Positions 38,344-48,823 are shown, numbered from the stretch's first letter. The stretch: 64,000 nucleotides of DNA from Candidatus Melainabacteria bacterium 17Bon1m (GCA_032128875.1 JAVLKG010000001.1:832001-896000); one strand, 5' to 3'. Made by a program: numbers and translations. The notes: generated by a model not told the origin, from the letters alone.

Positions 38344-39057
38344 TCACTCTTTTAGCCTTTTCCAATTTGATTTTGCAGCTCTTTGAAAATTGCGTACATC
38401 GGCTTTTGATAAGCCGCTTATCTCTTCGCCAAATTCATCGTTGCTTGCTTTTTCCACTGCGAAATAATGGTAAAGCAAGTAGCGAATCATCGACTGTGCT
38501 TCCGGTGGAACGGTCAAATCCAGCTGCGCACGCTTGAGTTCTGCCTCATCGATAAAACCATTTTTGTTAACGTCCAGTTTGTCGAAGTGCGCAAGGAATA
38601 ATTCTTCTGCATTGGCAGGACCAAGTATGTCGGTAATATTGCGCAGAAGCTCCAGTGCTCGTCTTTCTGCTTCGGGATGATTGCCGGCACAGCCCACGGT
38701 CTCTGCTTCTATAGCAAGGGCTTGTTCTATTATTTCTTTTGCTTCGGGCAATGCATTGTGTCGAGCGTAAAATCCTGCCAGCTGTGTGCGCGTGAGAAAT
38801 GGCAGCGCCAGCAATTCTCTGTAGGCTGAAAGCAGCTCGGGCAGTGCGTCTTCCGGTAGATGCTTGTTGGCAGGAGAAACACCATTGCGCGATCGATCCA
38901 ATGCAGTGTTGAAGTCACGCATGTATTCCGCACGAGGCAAGCTGTCGGCGGCTTGAACAGCGCGTCTGTACTCGGCTTCCGCTTCTTGAAGATCTTTTTT
39001 CAATTCCAATTGTTTTGCCTTGTTGGAATGAATATATGGATTTGGCACATCGTCCAC
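38344..39057 (-). CDS. Helical-repeat protein with one EF-hand
   Basis: FDKLDVNKNGFIDEAEL canonical 12-residue Ca-binding loop; GGA SD before GTG. Confidence 0.7.
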   Translation of the reverse strand: MDDVPNPYIHSNKAKQLELKKDLQEAEAEYRRAVQAADSLPRAEYMRDFNTALDRSRNGVSPANKHLPEDALPELLSAYRELLALPFLTRTQLAGFYARHNALPEAKEIIEQALAIEAETVGCAGNHPEAERRALELLRNITDILGPANAEELFLAHFDKLDVNKNGFIDEAELKRAQLDLTVPPEAQSMIRYLLYHYFAVEKASNDEFGEEISGLSKADVRNFQRAAKSNWKRLKE

Positions 39058-39117
39058 GCAGCCGGTCCCTCTCGATCAACCTGTAATTGACTTCGCCGGT
39101 GATTCCAGTTTTGTGGC

Positions 39118-40596
39118 TCAGCGTTTGCGCGGATTGGGCCAATTCAACTCTGTGCAAGCATCGTCGAAGCTGGTCCTCATACGACTGCAATACTGCAGTG
39201 CAATAGAAATCTGTTCTATCTTCATAACGCCATCGCGAAGCATGGGCACGCAGATGACGGCTGCTTCAAAGGTTTTATCATCGAGTTTGTTGGCAGCGCC
39301 CAAAATTTTGGAAATGTCACCGCCATGTTTTTTGCGAACTTCGTTGGCTGTTTGAATGTCATTGTCCGTCAAAACACCAGAGCGCACTAGCAAGTCGAGT
39401 GCGTCTTTGACAGACACCATCGCCTGCCCGGAAGCGCCACCACCCTGTGGTGCCCCCCCGCCTCCTGCTGAAGAGCCGGGGGCGCCGTCTGCTAGTTCTT
39501 GCATCGCTACTGTAATGAACTGCTCGATTGTTTTTCCTTTGTTGTGATAACGGGCCAGTACACGCGCAGCATCGCGCGCTGTCAGCTGTTTTTCCTCAAC
39601 CAGGTCTTGCATTCTTATTGCCGCGTCGAGAGATTGGCTGTTGAGCAATCCTGATTCAAGAAGAAGATTATTGAGCGTGACATCCGTGCGTTTTGAAATC
39701 AATCCCATATCGATGGGCATTGGACCTGGTCCGCTGGAAGGTGCCGGAGGCGGCGCCGGTGCTGGATAGACCGGTTGGGGCGGTGGATAACCTGGTTGCG
39801 GAGGCGGATATCCAGGCTGCATTTGCGGATAGCCCGGCGGTTGCATTTGTGGTGCCGGATAGCCTGGCTGCGGCGGCGGATAGCCTGGTTGGGGCGGTGG
39901 ATAACCTGGCGCCGGCGGCATGCCCGGGTACTGTCCTGCAGGCGGCATACCTGGTTGCATGGGATATCCCGGCTGTGGCGGGTACCCTGGTTGTGGAGGC
40001 ATTGGTGGCATGGGCGGTGCCATCTGCGGCATTGGTTGTGGCACCGGAGGTGGTGGCGGTGGAGGAGGAGGCTCAGGTCTTGGCAGTGGATCCGGATATA
40101 CCGAAGACTGCGCCGGCATGCCACTGTGAGTGCTTCTAGAAAGACTGTCGGAAACGCGTTGTTTCCAAATGTCGTCCGGTTTTTTTACTTCCTCTTGGGC
40201 TTGAGCGGCAAGTGCTTCGGGGCTCGGTCTCAATTCTTCCGGAATAAATCCGCTTGATGCTGGTGCCGCGCTGCCTTGACTCGTAGACATGATGATCATC
40301 TCGAGTACGAAATCGAGATCAGATGGAGGAAATCCTTGGCTAAACAACATTGCATTGTCGCCGCCGGCTTCGTCATAAAGTGTCCAGACCGGAAAATCGC
40401 CACCCTTTTCCCACAAAACCATAAGTAAGAAATTTCGGCCGCCACCTGACCACGGTAATTCGATCGTGGTTCCGCGCCTGCGCTCGCACTCGTCAAACAT
40501 CGTGCGAACCAATTTCATATTCGGCTGCTGCGGTTCGTGCGGCAGCCTCATGTTTTTCGGCGGCTCTTCCTTCTGCTGTGGTTTAGGCTTAAACAT
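39118..40596 (-). CDS. Pro/Gln-rich protein with C-terminal degenerate MshEN-like modules
   Basis: QPGYP repeats; LNNLLLESGLL..LDAAIRMQ and LDLLVRSGVLT. Confidence 0.7.
   Translation of the reverse strand: MFKPKPQQKEEPPKNMRLPHEPQQPNMKLVRTMFDECERRRGTTIELPWSGGGRNFLLMVLWEKGGDFPVWTLYDEAGGDNAMLFSQGFPPSDLDFVLEMIIMSTSQGSAAPASSGFIPEELRPSPEALAAQAQEEVKKPDDIWKQRVSDSLSRSTHSGMPAQSSVYPDPLPRPEPPPPPPPPPVPQPMPQMAPPMPPMPPQPGYPPQPGYPMQPGMPPAGQYPGMPPAPGYPPPQPGYPPPQPGYPAPQMQPPGYPQMQPGYPPPQPGYPPPQPVYPAPAPPPAPSSGPGPMPIDMGLISKRTDVTLNNLLLESGLLNSQSLDAAIRMQDLVEEKQLTARDAARVLARYHNKGKTIEQFITVAMQELADGAPGSSAGGGGAPQGGGASGQAMVSVKDALDLLVRSGVLTDNDIQTANEVRKKHGGDISKILGAANKLDDKTFEAAVICVPMLRDGVMKIEQISIALQYCSRMRTSFDDACTELNWPNPRKR
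39740..40080 (-). repeat. Coding repeat (PPQPGY)n within CDS 39118-40596
   Basis: Recurrent CGGTGGATAACCTGG / CGGATAGCCTGG units on + strand. Confidence 0.8.
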
Positions 40597-40884
40597 CGGA
40601 AATTTCCAAGAACCAGTTACTTATTTTAAGTACCCCTATATGGAGACTTAGTCTCAAAATAATCGCACACAGGCAGATTAATTGGTTGAGATTCCATCAC
40701 CCTCTTGGGTGGCTGCGCACCATTTCGAGCGCCTCCAGGGCGCGCTTTTAGGTTTTCCTGCTGGACGTATAAACGTCACCGGCGCTCATTTTAGCTGTGT
40801 TGCGTTGGAATTTTTGGGCGATGTAACCTTTCGAACGCATCTGAGTCCTTTATCGGACATCTGCGAGTACATCAAATCGGCTTA

Positions 40885-42243
40885 TCAAGGGGCTTCGAAA
40901 TGTCGGGGCAATCCACTCCAGCAATCGATGTAATCGCTTTGCAAAATTCCGCCGGTCATTGCGAATTCTGTTGGTCGGTAAACCAGCGAGCTTTCAAACA
41001 TGAAGGCCAGGGTGTTTTCCATTTTTTGAGGCTTCAATTCTACATTTGAAGCTTTCTCGAAAGTTGCGGCATCTGGTCCATGTGCCGACATTTGATTGTG
41101 AAGGCTGCCGCCACCCGCGACGAAGCCTTCTTCTTTCGCGTCGTAAACGCCATAAATAAGGCCCATGTATTCGCTCATGCAGTTGCGATGGTAGTAGGGC
41201 GGGCGGAATGTTTTTTCTGCAACCATCCAGCGTGGAGGAAAGATGACGAAATCTACATTGGCCGTGCCGGGGATTTCGGAAGGCGAGGTCAATACAGTGA
41301 ATATGGACGGGTCGCTGTGGTCGAAAGTGACCGTGTTGACCGCGTTAAAGGTCGCCAGGTCGTACTTGTATGGGTAATAGTTGCCGTGCCATGCAACAAC
41401 ATCCAATGGAGAATGCTCCATCTCTGCAGTAAACAACTTTCCTTGATATTTGGCGATCAAAGTGAGTGGCCGCTCTATGTCTTCATATGCGGCATGAGGA
41501 GCAAGAAAGTCTCTGGGATTAGCCAAGCCGTTTGCACCGATCGGTCCGAGATCCGGCAGTTTTAGCGCCGGACCGTAATTCTCTAGAATGTAACCATCTG
41601 CGGTACCATCCGGAAGGTCGACTTTGAATTTCACGCCTCGCGGAATGACTGCAATCTCTCCAGGGGCGAGTCCGATGGTACCAAATTCGGTGCCAAGCAT
41701 GAGTCGTCCGCCGCGCGGGACGATCAACAATTCCCCGTCCGCATTGTAGAAAAACGAATCAGTCATCGACTGATTCGCAGAATACAAGTGCACTGCGGAG
41801 CCTCGCACACTCGCTGAATCGCCATTACCGGCAATGGTAATTATGCCCTGGACGAAATTCTTCTTTTCTTTGAGAGCCGGCAGTGGATTCCAGCGTAACT
41901 GCTCAGGGCTTATCCATTTGTCGCAATCGAAAGGGCGGGTTTCTATCAAACCTTTATCGAGAGGTTTGAACTTTGAATGCAGAACAGAAGGACGAATCTT
42001 GTACAACCAGCTGCGCTGATTCTCATGCCTGGGAGCGGTAAAGGCAGAACCGCTCAGTTGCTCTGCGTAAAGACCAAGCGGCGCCTTTTGCGGCGAGTTT
42101 TGCCCTACAGGAAGGGCACCGGTTTCAGCCTCCGAACTGTGGTGATTTGCAAAACCGCTTAGATATTGCAAGCCATGTTTTTTGTCGTGCATCACCGAAT
42201 TCTCAGTTTCTTTTGTGCGGGCAGCCTTTCCTGTAGCGGACAA
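40885..42243 (-). CDS. hmgA: Homogentisate 1,2-dioxygenase (start may be about 50 nt downstream)
   Basis: [62 protein letters not shown]. Confidence 0.95.
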   Translation of the reverse strand: MSATGKAARTKETENSVMHDKKHGLQYLSGFANHHSSEAETGALPVGQNSPQKAPLGLYAEQLSGSAFTAPRHENQRSWLYKIRPSVLHSKFKPLDKGLIETRPFDCDKWISPEQLRWNPLPALKEKKNFVQGIITIAGNGDSASVRGSAVHLYSANQSMTDSFFYNADGELLIVPRGGRLMLGTEFGTIGLAPGEIAVIPRGVKFKVDLPDGTADGYILENYGPALKLPDLGPIGANGLANPRDFLAPHAAYEDIERPLTLIAKYQGKLFTAEMEHSPLDVVAWHGNYYPYKYDLATFNAVNTVTFDHSDPSIFTVLTSPSEIPGTANVDFVIFPPRWMVAEKTFRPPYYHRNCMSEYMGLIYGVYDAKEEGFVAGGGSLHNQMSAHGPDAATFEKASNVELKPQKMENTLAFMFESSLVYRPTEFAMTGGILQSDYIDCWSGLPRHFEAP

Positions 42244-42283
42244 AGTCTTTCTCCAAATGTGTCGTGCTGTTCCGAATGCTTAA

Positions 42284-42643
42284 CTACTTTGCAAAGATTG
42301 CGCGTGCTTTGGCGTCCATCTTATCTGCTTCCGGTCCGCGTCCAGCGGCACGTAGCATTTTTGCATAATTGTCGTAAATCGGTATCAATTCCTGACACGA
42401 AGGTCCTTTTACTCGAATCAAAAATTCAACCGCTTCTTTGTACATCGGCTCTGCATCAGCATATTTGCCTTGCTGACGGTAGGCATTGGCAAGTGCTGAT
42501 TTGCTTTGAGCGATTTTTGGCTCGTTTGGGCTCATTGCTTCAGCTTCTTTGATAGCCAGTTTGAACTGTGTTTCGGCGTCCAAAGGTTTTCCTGCCGACA
42601 ACGCTTGCTGTCCGGCGATGTTGTAGCGCTCCCAAGTCGACAT
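42284..42643 (-). CDS. Small TPR protein (kinesin-light-chain-like repeat)
   Basis: AGGAGG before ATG; LANAYRQQGKYADAEPMYKEA. Confidence 0.8.
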   Translation of the reverse strand: MSTWERYNIAGQQALSAGKPLDAETQFKLAIKEAEAMSPNEPKIAQSKSALANAYRQQGKYADAEPMYKEAVEFLIRVKGPSCQELIPIYDNYAKMLRAAGRGPEADKMDAKARAIFAK

Positions 42644-42920
42644 AACAGTCCTCCTGAATGGCGGGCAGAATTTCGTTAGAAATTACTCTCTTCGCCCGAT
42701 TAAGGCAAGCGCTAAAGCCAAATAAGTTGCGCCGACTTGCGTCCTTAATTCATGACATGTTCTGCGAAATACCACTTGATTATTAAGACTGCGGATGTCT
42801 TCACTAACATTTGTTTGTCATAGAGTCGTTTTCTTTAGAGATTCGCTAGACTTTTGTTGAATTTAGTCGCGGAGACGGAGGTTCTTTCACTGAATTCTCA
42901 AAATCCTCGATGATTTAACC

Positions 42921-42983
42921 AAGTTTCCGAAGTTTCCCAATTCTTCAGAGTTTCCAAAGTTATCCAAGTTTTCCAAGTTTCAT
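42921..42983. repeat. Seven degenerate 9 bp tandem repeats (AAGTTTCCN)
   Basis: aagtttccg aagtttccc aattcttca gagtttcca aagttatcc aagttttcc aagtttcat. Confidence 0.8.
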
Positions 42984-42995
42984 AGGACAGGCAAA

Positions 42996-43919
42996 GTGAA
43001 CGCAAAGCAAAGACGGGCTCTCCTGATCGGCATTGTTGGCTTCATTGCCATCGGCGGTTTTCCCCCGTGGAAAGACACGAGTCCGGCGCCGGCGGGCACG
43101 CCGCTGCCGTTTGCGCCGATCTCCATGCCACCTGTTGTGGAGGGACACTCCATTGAGATTGATGTCACTCGACTCGCAATCATGTGGATTCTCATGGTCG
43201 TAGTCACAGCCGCTTCGATTTGGCTTGGCAAAGACTCTGAAGGCGCTTCGAAAGGTGGCGCCGGAACCATCACCTATGAGCCGATTAAAATGCCCAAGCC
43301 GTCGGCCGCCAAGTCTTCGGGCGCGCAAATACTGGAAACACTCACTATTGACGCAAAAGCGTCGAGCAGCAAGTCTAGTCAGGCAAGTGGTCTCAAACTG
43401 AAATTCCCGGACGTCAAAGTCGGTGAGTTGCTGACAGAAAGTGAAGACGACCCTGAATACTGGACACTCATCAGCGACGCGAAAGGGCGGCTTGAAGTGC
43501 CACAGGGTAAGCGCTTTCAGTTAGAACTTTCCAAAGACAAGGAAATTTCGCTGGATTTCTTGTCTAGCATGGGCAACAAAGACGCCCGCTCTGCCATCGT
43601 CTCTCTGGATCTTAGCGAAGCCGAGCTCAACAAGGACACGCTCAGCTACCTGAAGTATCTGCCGGCTCTTGAAGAGCTTGATCTTTCCGGCACGGAAATT
43701 ACAGATGAAGACCTCGACGAAATTTCAAAGCTTTCCCAACTGAAAAAGCTTTGGCTGGACGATACCAATACGTCAAAGGCTGCGGCAGAGAAGCTTTCCG
43801 GCTTGAGCAATCTGAAAAAATTGTCCCTCAGTCATCTAGACGGCAATGAGGTCGAAATTAATTCACTCAAGTTGCGTATCCCATCCTGTGAAGTTGTTGT
43901 TAGAGAGGGCAATACTTAA
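42996..43919 (+). CDS. Membrane-anchored leucine-rich repeat protein
   Basis: Two TM segments; LRRs LEELDLSGTEITD, LKKLWLDDT, LKKLSLS. Confidence 0.85.
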   Translation: MNAKQRRALLIGIVGFIAIGGFPPWKDTSPAPAGTPLPFAPISMPPVVEGHSIEIDVTRLAIMWILMVVVTAASIWLGKDSEGASKGGAGTITYEPIKMPKPSAAKSSGAQILETLTIDAKASSSKSSQASGLKLKFPDVKVGELLTESEDDPEYWTLISDAKGRLEVPQGKRFQLELSKDKEISLDFLSSMGNKDARSAIVSLDLSEAELNKDTLSYLKYLPALEELDLSGTEITDEDLDEISKLSQLKKLWLDDTNTSKAAAEKLSGLSNLKKLSLSHLDGNEVEINSLKLRIPSCEVVVREGNT

Positions 43920-43957
43920 TAGACAGAGTGTTGTTGTGATTTTCATAGGGCAATAGT

Positions 43958-46255
43958 TTGGCCACAGAGAAAAACAACGAGCCGGCGGAAGTGGAAGAGC
44001 TTGAGGCTGTTCCAAATACCGTCACGTCGCATTCGGGTGACGAGCCTTCCTCCGCCAACAAGTCTATGAAAGACGAGATGGAAGACACTCTTGTCGGCAC
44101 GACTGTAGTTGGGCGTTACGAAGTTCAGCAGTGCTTGAGCAAGCAACAATCGAGTTCGCTTTATAAAGCCAGGCATTTGCTCATGGATAGAGCTGTCGCG
44201 ATTAGGCTTTTGACAGCGACAGACATCCAGAGTTTGAAGCGTTTTCAGGTTGAGGCGAAAGTCGCCAGTAGTCTTAATCACCCAAACATCATTACTGTTT
44301 TGGACTTTGGTGTTTCTAACGGGCGACCTTATCTGGTCACCGATTATCTCGAAGGCAAGACGCTTGCGGACTTGCTTAAGCAGCATGGCAAGCTTCCTTA
44401 CGCTCGAACGCTGGATATCTTTTCTCAAGTTTGCGATGCCGTCACTTATGCACACAAGCAAGACTTGCTTATTCGGTGTTTAAAGCCTTCGCAAATTTTT
44501 GTCTATGACACGCCAGACTACAAGGATTTTGCCAAGGTCGTCGACTTTGGTATTTCGGAGCGCTTTCTGGAAGACGGTGAAGAGGTTCGTAACCTCGCCA
44601 ATAAGTCTGTCCTCAACGGTGACCCTCATTATCTAAGTCCCGAGTCTGTGCTGTCCGTAAAACTCGATGCTAAAAGCGATGTGTTTACCATTGGTTGTCT
44701 GATGTACGAAACGCTTGTCGGCCGACCTCCCAACGAAGGGAAGTCGGCTCACGAAGTGATGCATCGTCAGTTGACTAAGGTACCACAGGCGGTGCGCGAG
44801 GCATCGGGTGGCACTGAAATACCGGAAGCCGTCGAGCGTGTTGTGATGCGCGCAATCGAGAAAGATCCAGATCAGCGATACCCCTCTATGGAAGCTCTCT
44901 GGACTGACATAGAAGTGCTTAAGCATGGAGCCGATCAGTTAAAGCGCAGTCAGCGAAAGAAGACAAGTTCTACGCAAACTGATCCTGCGGTCACTCGAAG
45001 AAGAACTTTACGTGTGCTCGGCCTTTCTATCTCGCTTTTCTTGGGAGTAGTTCTGGGGTTAGCGATAGAACCGCTTAAAGAGTCACTTTTGCCGGGTCAA
45101 CAGAAGAAGGGACCGGAGAGAACTTCCTGGCAAGAATTCAATCAAAAGGGCGAAGAAGCATTTCATCGCGGCGACTACCACGAGGCAGAAGCACTGTTTG
45201 GGCAGGCTTTAGCCAAGTCCGGTGGATTCGAGCCAGATGATCCGCGCATTGCAGAAACACTCAACAATCTGGGAAATCTGTATTTCAACCTTGATCTTTA
45301 TCCTGAAGCTGAAAACGCAATTAAGCGTGCGCTGGCTATTCGAGAGAAGTCCGGTGGCGCGAACAATTTGTCCGTTGCAGACAGCTTGAATGATCTGGGG
45401 ATGATCTATCTGACCGAAGGGAAAATTCCTGAGGCGAAGAAATTCATTCAGCGTTCGTTATCGATTCGCGAGAAAGCGTTGAAGCCTGATGAAGAAGACA
45501 TCGCATCAAGCATGCAGGCCATGGCATCCATCTACCACAAAGAAGGCAAGCTAAAGGACTCTATGGCCGCTCTGAAGCGTGCTTTGTATATTCGAAAACG
45601 AGCACTAGGGACACAACATTTGGACGTAGCAACAACGTACAACAGTCTTGGAATTCAACATCAGATGGCTGGTGAAAACGCTGAAGCGCGGCAATGCTAC
45701 GAACATGCCAAGCAAATAATCGAAGAGCTATATGGCGATTCTCACCCGGCTATGGCTGATGCGCTCGTGGGCATCGCTACGCTTGATTTTGTCGAGGGAA
45801 ACACCATCAGGTCTGAGCAGGAATTCAATAAAGCCCTCGAGGTGAGAGAAACCGCCCTTGGTGATGAGAGTTTTCGCGTAGCGGAAGTGCTTTCATGTCT
45901 TGCGATTTTGAAAGAGCAAACTGGAAATTTGAAGGAAGCGGAAGAGCTTTTGCGACGCGCGATAGCTATTGATGAGCAAGCTGTTGGTTTTAACAATCCT
46001 GAGTCGCTGCGGGTCAATAACAATCTTGTGCGTATCTTGAAAAAACTCGGCAAGCGTGATGAAGCAAAGCGTCTTGAAAAGAAAATTGTTCAAGGCAAGA
46101 AAGCTGCAGCGATGGGACTGACAGGTAAAACCGCGCAGAGTAATAGAAACTTGCACACTGGAAAAGCTTTGCCGAACGGCAAGAAGTCCCCTGCAAATTC
46201 AGACACAGCGAAAGACAAAAAACTGGCTGAAGAAAGCAGTGCTATGGAAGAGTGA
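43958..46255 (+). CDS. Kinase-fold (predicted pseudokinase) - TM - TPR array protein
   Basis: VAIR, IRCLKPSQI, DFG, YLSPE; TM segment; multiple 42 aa TPRs (LNNLGNLY, SLNDLGMIY). Confidence 0.88.
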   Translation: MATEKNNEPAEVEELEAVPNTVTSHSGDEPSSANKSMKDEMEDTLVGTTVVGRYEVQQCLSKQQSSSLYKARHLLMDRAVAIRLLTATDIQSLKRFQVEAKVASSLNHPNIITVLDFGVSNGRPYLVTDYLEGKTLADLLKQHGKLPYARTLDIFSQVCDAVTYAHKQDLLIRCLKPSQIFVYDTPDYKDFAKVVDFGISERFLEDGEEVRNLANKSVLNGDPHYLSPESVLSVKLDAKSDVFTIGCLMYETLVGRPPNEGKSAHEVMHRQLTKVPQAVREASGGTEIPEAVERVVMRAIEKDPDQRYPSMEALWTDIEVLKHGADQLKRSQRKKTSSTQTDPAVTRRRTLRVLGLSISLFLGVVLGLAIEPLKESLLPGQQKKGPERTSWQEFNQKGEEAFHRGDYHEAEALFGQALAKSGGFEPDDPRIAETLNNLGNLYFNLDLYPEAENAIKRALAIREKSGGANNLSVADSLNDLGMIYLTEGKIPEAKKFIQRSLSIREKALKPDEEDIASSMQAMASIYHKEGKLKDSMAALKRALYIRKRALGTQHLDVATTYNSLGIQHQMAGENAEARQCYEHAKQIIEELYGDSHPAMADALVGIATLDFVEGNTIRSEQEFNKALEVRETALGDESFRVAEVLSCLAILKEQTGNLKEAEELLRRAIAIDEQAVGFNNPESLRVNNNLVRILKKLGKRDEAKRLEKKIVQGKKAAAMGLTGKTAQSNRNLHTGKALPNGKKSPANSDTAKDKKLAEESSAMEE

Positions 46256-46314
46256 CGTTTTTATTTCGAACAGATAAAAACTCCACTCTAAGCAGTTAGA
46301 ACTGCTCAAAGCTG

Positions 46315-46803
46315 TTATTTCGCGTCTTCTCTCACAGTCAGGTTGACGACAATTGCATTGCTGGCGGTGACGAGATTTTGCGGCGTGATGAGAATTTCAT
46401 TGCCCCACTTTCCCGTGCCAACTCCAAGCAAAGGTTCGTCCATAAGAGCTTGGTCGAGGAAAGTTTTTACTCCTTCCTTCTGCCAGTGAAATGGTGGAAT
46501 AGAGCCTATTACATAACCTGTGAGCTCAATTACTTTCTCGGGTTTTGCAAGGGAAATATCGCGTGAACCGAGTGCTTTCTTGAGCAAACCTGAAATCGCA
46601 TTCTGATCGCCGCCAACCATCACCAGCGAGCATTCCCCTTGTTTTGTTTCAAAGATCAGCGTCTTTATCATTTGACGCTCGCGAAAACCTAGAGCACGCG
46701 CCACATTTGCAGCCCCCTTCTCGGTTGTTTCGGGGAAGCTTCGCATCTCATAATCAATGTTTTTTTCGTCGAGAAAAAGATGCGCGGGTAATTTTTCAGT
46801 CAT
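46315..46803 (-). CDS. YbaK/EbsC family aminoacyl-tRNA deacylase
   Basis: IKTLIF (catalytic Lys), TGYVIGSIPPF, GTGKWG. Confidence 0.85.
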   Translation of the reverse strand: MTEKLPAHLFLDEKNIDYEMRSFPETTEKGAANVARALGFRERQMIKTLIFETKQGECSLVMVGGDQNAISGLLKKALGSRDISLAKPEKVIELTGYVIGSIPPFHWQKEGVKTFLDQALMDEPLLGVGTGKWGNEILITPQNLVTASNAIVVNLTVREDAK

Positions 46804-46834
46804 TTTCTTTTCCCGGTGCTGATTCGCTGAAGAG

Positions 46835-48823
46835 CTAAACTAATTCGTCAGCCATTAGTTGTATCACTTCTGCGTCGGAAAGAAGATGTGCTGCACGCCA
46901 TTTTATGTAATCCGGCATTTTTACCTTCTCGAAAAGCTGTTTAAGTGTCGCAGCATTTTCAAGTGTCGCCACTAATGCTCGCATACCGTTCTTCTCTTCT
47001 TCCGTGAGATCTTTTCGTTTGCTAAAGAGTTTTTCCAGTTGCTCTTCCGGATTGACAGAGATAATGCAGTCATCGAGACGCAGCATTCGCTTCGCAACAA
47101 CCATATGATCTTCAGCCACTGCAGCATCCATCAAACAGCGTTCCAGCGAAAGTGGAGTCTTTTCCTGAATGATCACTTGTGTTCCGCGCGAGAAGCCGCG
47201 CTCTGTAAATTGAAATTTGCCTTCTTTGTACGAAATCAAAAAGTCGACGAGCGCCTCTCGTCCGGCGAGTTCTCCAAAGGAAACTTCCAGTGGTTTGCCG
47301 TCTTGGAAGAGTACTCGCAGTGAAGATTGACCTTCCTGGTTGACCATCAATTCTCCAGTCTTACTGCTGGACGCCAATGATTGCAAAAGTCCAAAGCCGC
47401 CAAGAACTCCCAATTCCCCTTTCATGACCGCTTTTGAGTCGCCCTTTTTATAATCGGAAGGCACCTCGCCTGCTGTTTTAACAGAGCCCATGCCGAACTC
47501 TCTTTCAGCGAACATGAGCGCCGAGAATGCACTAGCCAGCAGCACGGGCATGTTGTCGCCTTCTTTCGGATAAGACGCCAGTCCGACACATGGCTTGAGT
47601 TTTGCGTCGAGACCTTGTGCTGCCATGTATTGCGGAAAAGAAGATACTATGCGCTTCGCTACTTCCGTGGCGTTGCCCTGATCTGCCCAGCCAAGCACAA
47701 CCGCCATGCAGTTCGATGTGTAGCGGACAACGTAATCTGTGTATCGAGAGAGCTTATTCATCAATAATTCTTCGGTGCGAACTGATGCACTGATTGCTTC
47801 TGCGAGCGCTTTGATTTTTCTATCGCGCTGCCCGTGATCCTCACTGTCGCTAACTTTGATGCTGACAAGGAGAACCGAGTATGGGTCTTGATTTTTTTCG
47901 CCGGAATCAAAAGTAGGGACCAGATGCTCACTCACGAATGAAACCGAAAGCAATCCGGTTAGTGGGTCGAGCAAACGAGCATGCGGGTTTACCTCGCCTT
48001 TTGGATGTGTATTGTTCGACTTGTTGCCGGTGCGACGACCATCGGACTTTTTGACGTGAAGCGCAGGAATGCGGTCGCTGGTGAGATCCTGAATTTGCTG
48101 ATCGATAGTATTGATGCGCAGCAGGCGTCGGTTGTCCAGAATTAGCTCTTTAATCCCATTGCACAACTCTTTCAACTCGACTATTTCGTAATCGATGCCG
48201 GTAATGTTTTGGTCCAAATTACCAGCTTTGTGACCTTGTATGAGAGCACGAAGCTTGTAACTGACGCGTTTGAGAGGTAAAGCCAACCAAATGTAACTGC
48301 CCATCCATGCGGCTGCGAATGCTCCGAAAATAGCCAGAAAAATCGGCAAAGATGAAGAACCACGCGCCAGGCGTTGAACTAAATAGTCATTGCGAAAGCC
48401 TGCGTGAAAGGTTCCGAACTGAGTATTGCTTGCCGCATCATAAAAGCGTTCGCCACCGTACGAATAGATCTTGGACGTTGGATAGAATTTCTTGATTGGC
48501 GGCGGAGGCAACGCATTGTCTTTGTCCACCTTTCCAGATGGGCTGGCAAAAAATAGCCACACGCAGCCGCGTTTTCTTGCTTCATCTATAAAGTCGAATT
48601 GGTTCCAATCCGCTTTTGGATTTTTCTTTGCTGAGATCTCGCGTACAAATTTGACGGCGTCTTTTGGCAGGACGTAGTCCTGGTAGTATCGGTCAAATCC
48701 AATAGCGGTAGCCAGTACAAAAGCTGCAAGGCATCCCATGCGTAAGCCGTAGGACGCAAGGAATTGCTTGATAACGCTTAGCGGGGTGACGGTGAGTGTG
48801 CGACTGGTTCCAGGTTTTGACAC
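46835..48823 (-). CDS. Membrane protein with degenerate GGDEF and DUF4388 domains
   Basis: Two TMs; DPLTGL; RYTSNCM in place of RYGGDEF; VGLASYP; MKGEL..LLQSLASSSKTGEL..GREAL. Confidence 0.75.
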   Translation of the reverse strand: MSKPGTSRTLTVTPLSVIKQFLASYGLRMGCLAAFVLATAIGFDRYYQDYVLPKDAVKFVREISAKKNPKADWNQFDFIDEARKRGCVWLFFASPSGKVDKDNALPPPPIKKFYPTSKIYSYGGERFYDAASNTQFGTFHAGFRNDYLVQRLARGSSSLPIFLAIFGAFAAAWMGSYIWLALPLKRVSYKLRALIQGHKAGNLDQNITGIDYEIVELKELCNGIKELILDNRRLLRINTIDQQIQDLTSDRIPALHVKKSDGRRTGNKSNNTHPKGEVNPHARLLDPLTGLLSVSFVSEHLVPTFDSGEKNQDPYSVLLVSIKVSDSEDHGQRDRKIKALAEAISASVRTEELLMNKLSRYTDYVVRYTSNCMAVVLGWADQGNATEVAKRIVSSFPQYMAAQGLDAKLKPCVGLASYPKEGDNMPVLLASAFSALMFAEREFGMGSVKTAGEVPSDYKKGDSKAVMKGELGVLGGFGLLQSLASSSKTGELMVNQEGQSSLRVLFQDGKPLEVSFGELAGREALVDFLISYKEGKFQFTERGFSRGTQVIIQEKTPLSLERCLMDAAVAEDHMVVAKRMLRLDDCIISVNPEEQLEKLFSKRKDLTEEEKNGMRALVATLENAATLKQLFEKVKMPDYIKWRAAHLLSDAEVIQLMADELV

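Noticed and set aside
39693-40257. Arg/Trp-rich and Gly-rich ORFs over the Pro-rich repeat
   Set aside because: Frame and strand shadows of the PQPGY coding repeat
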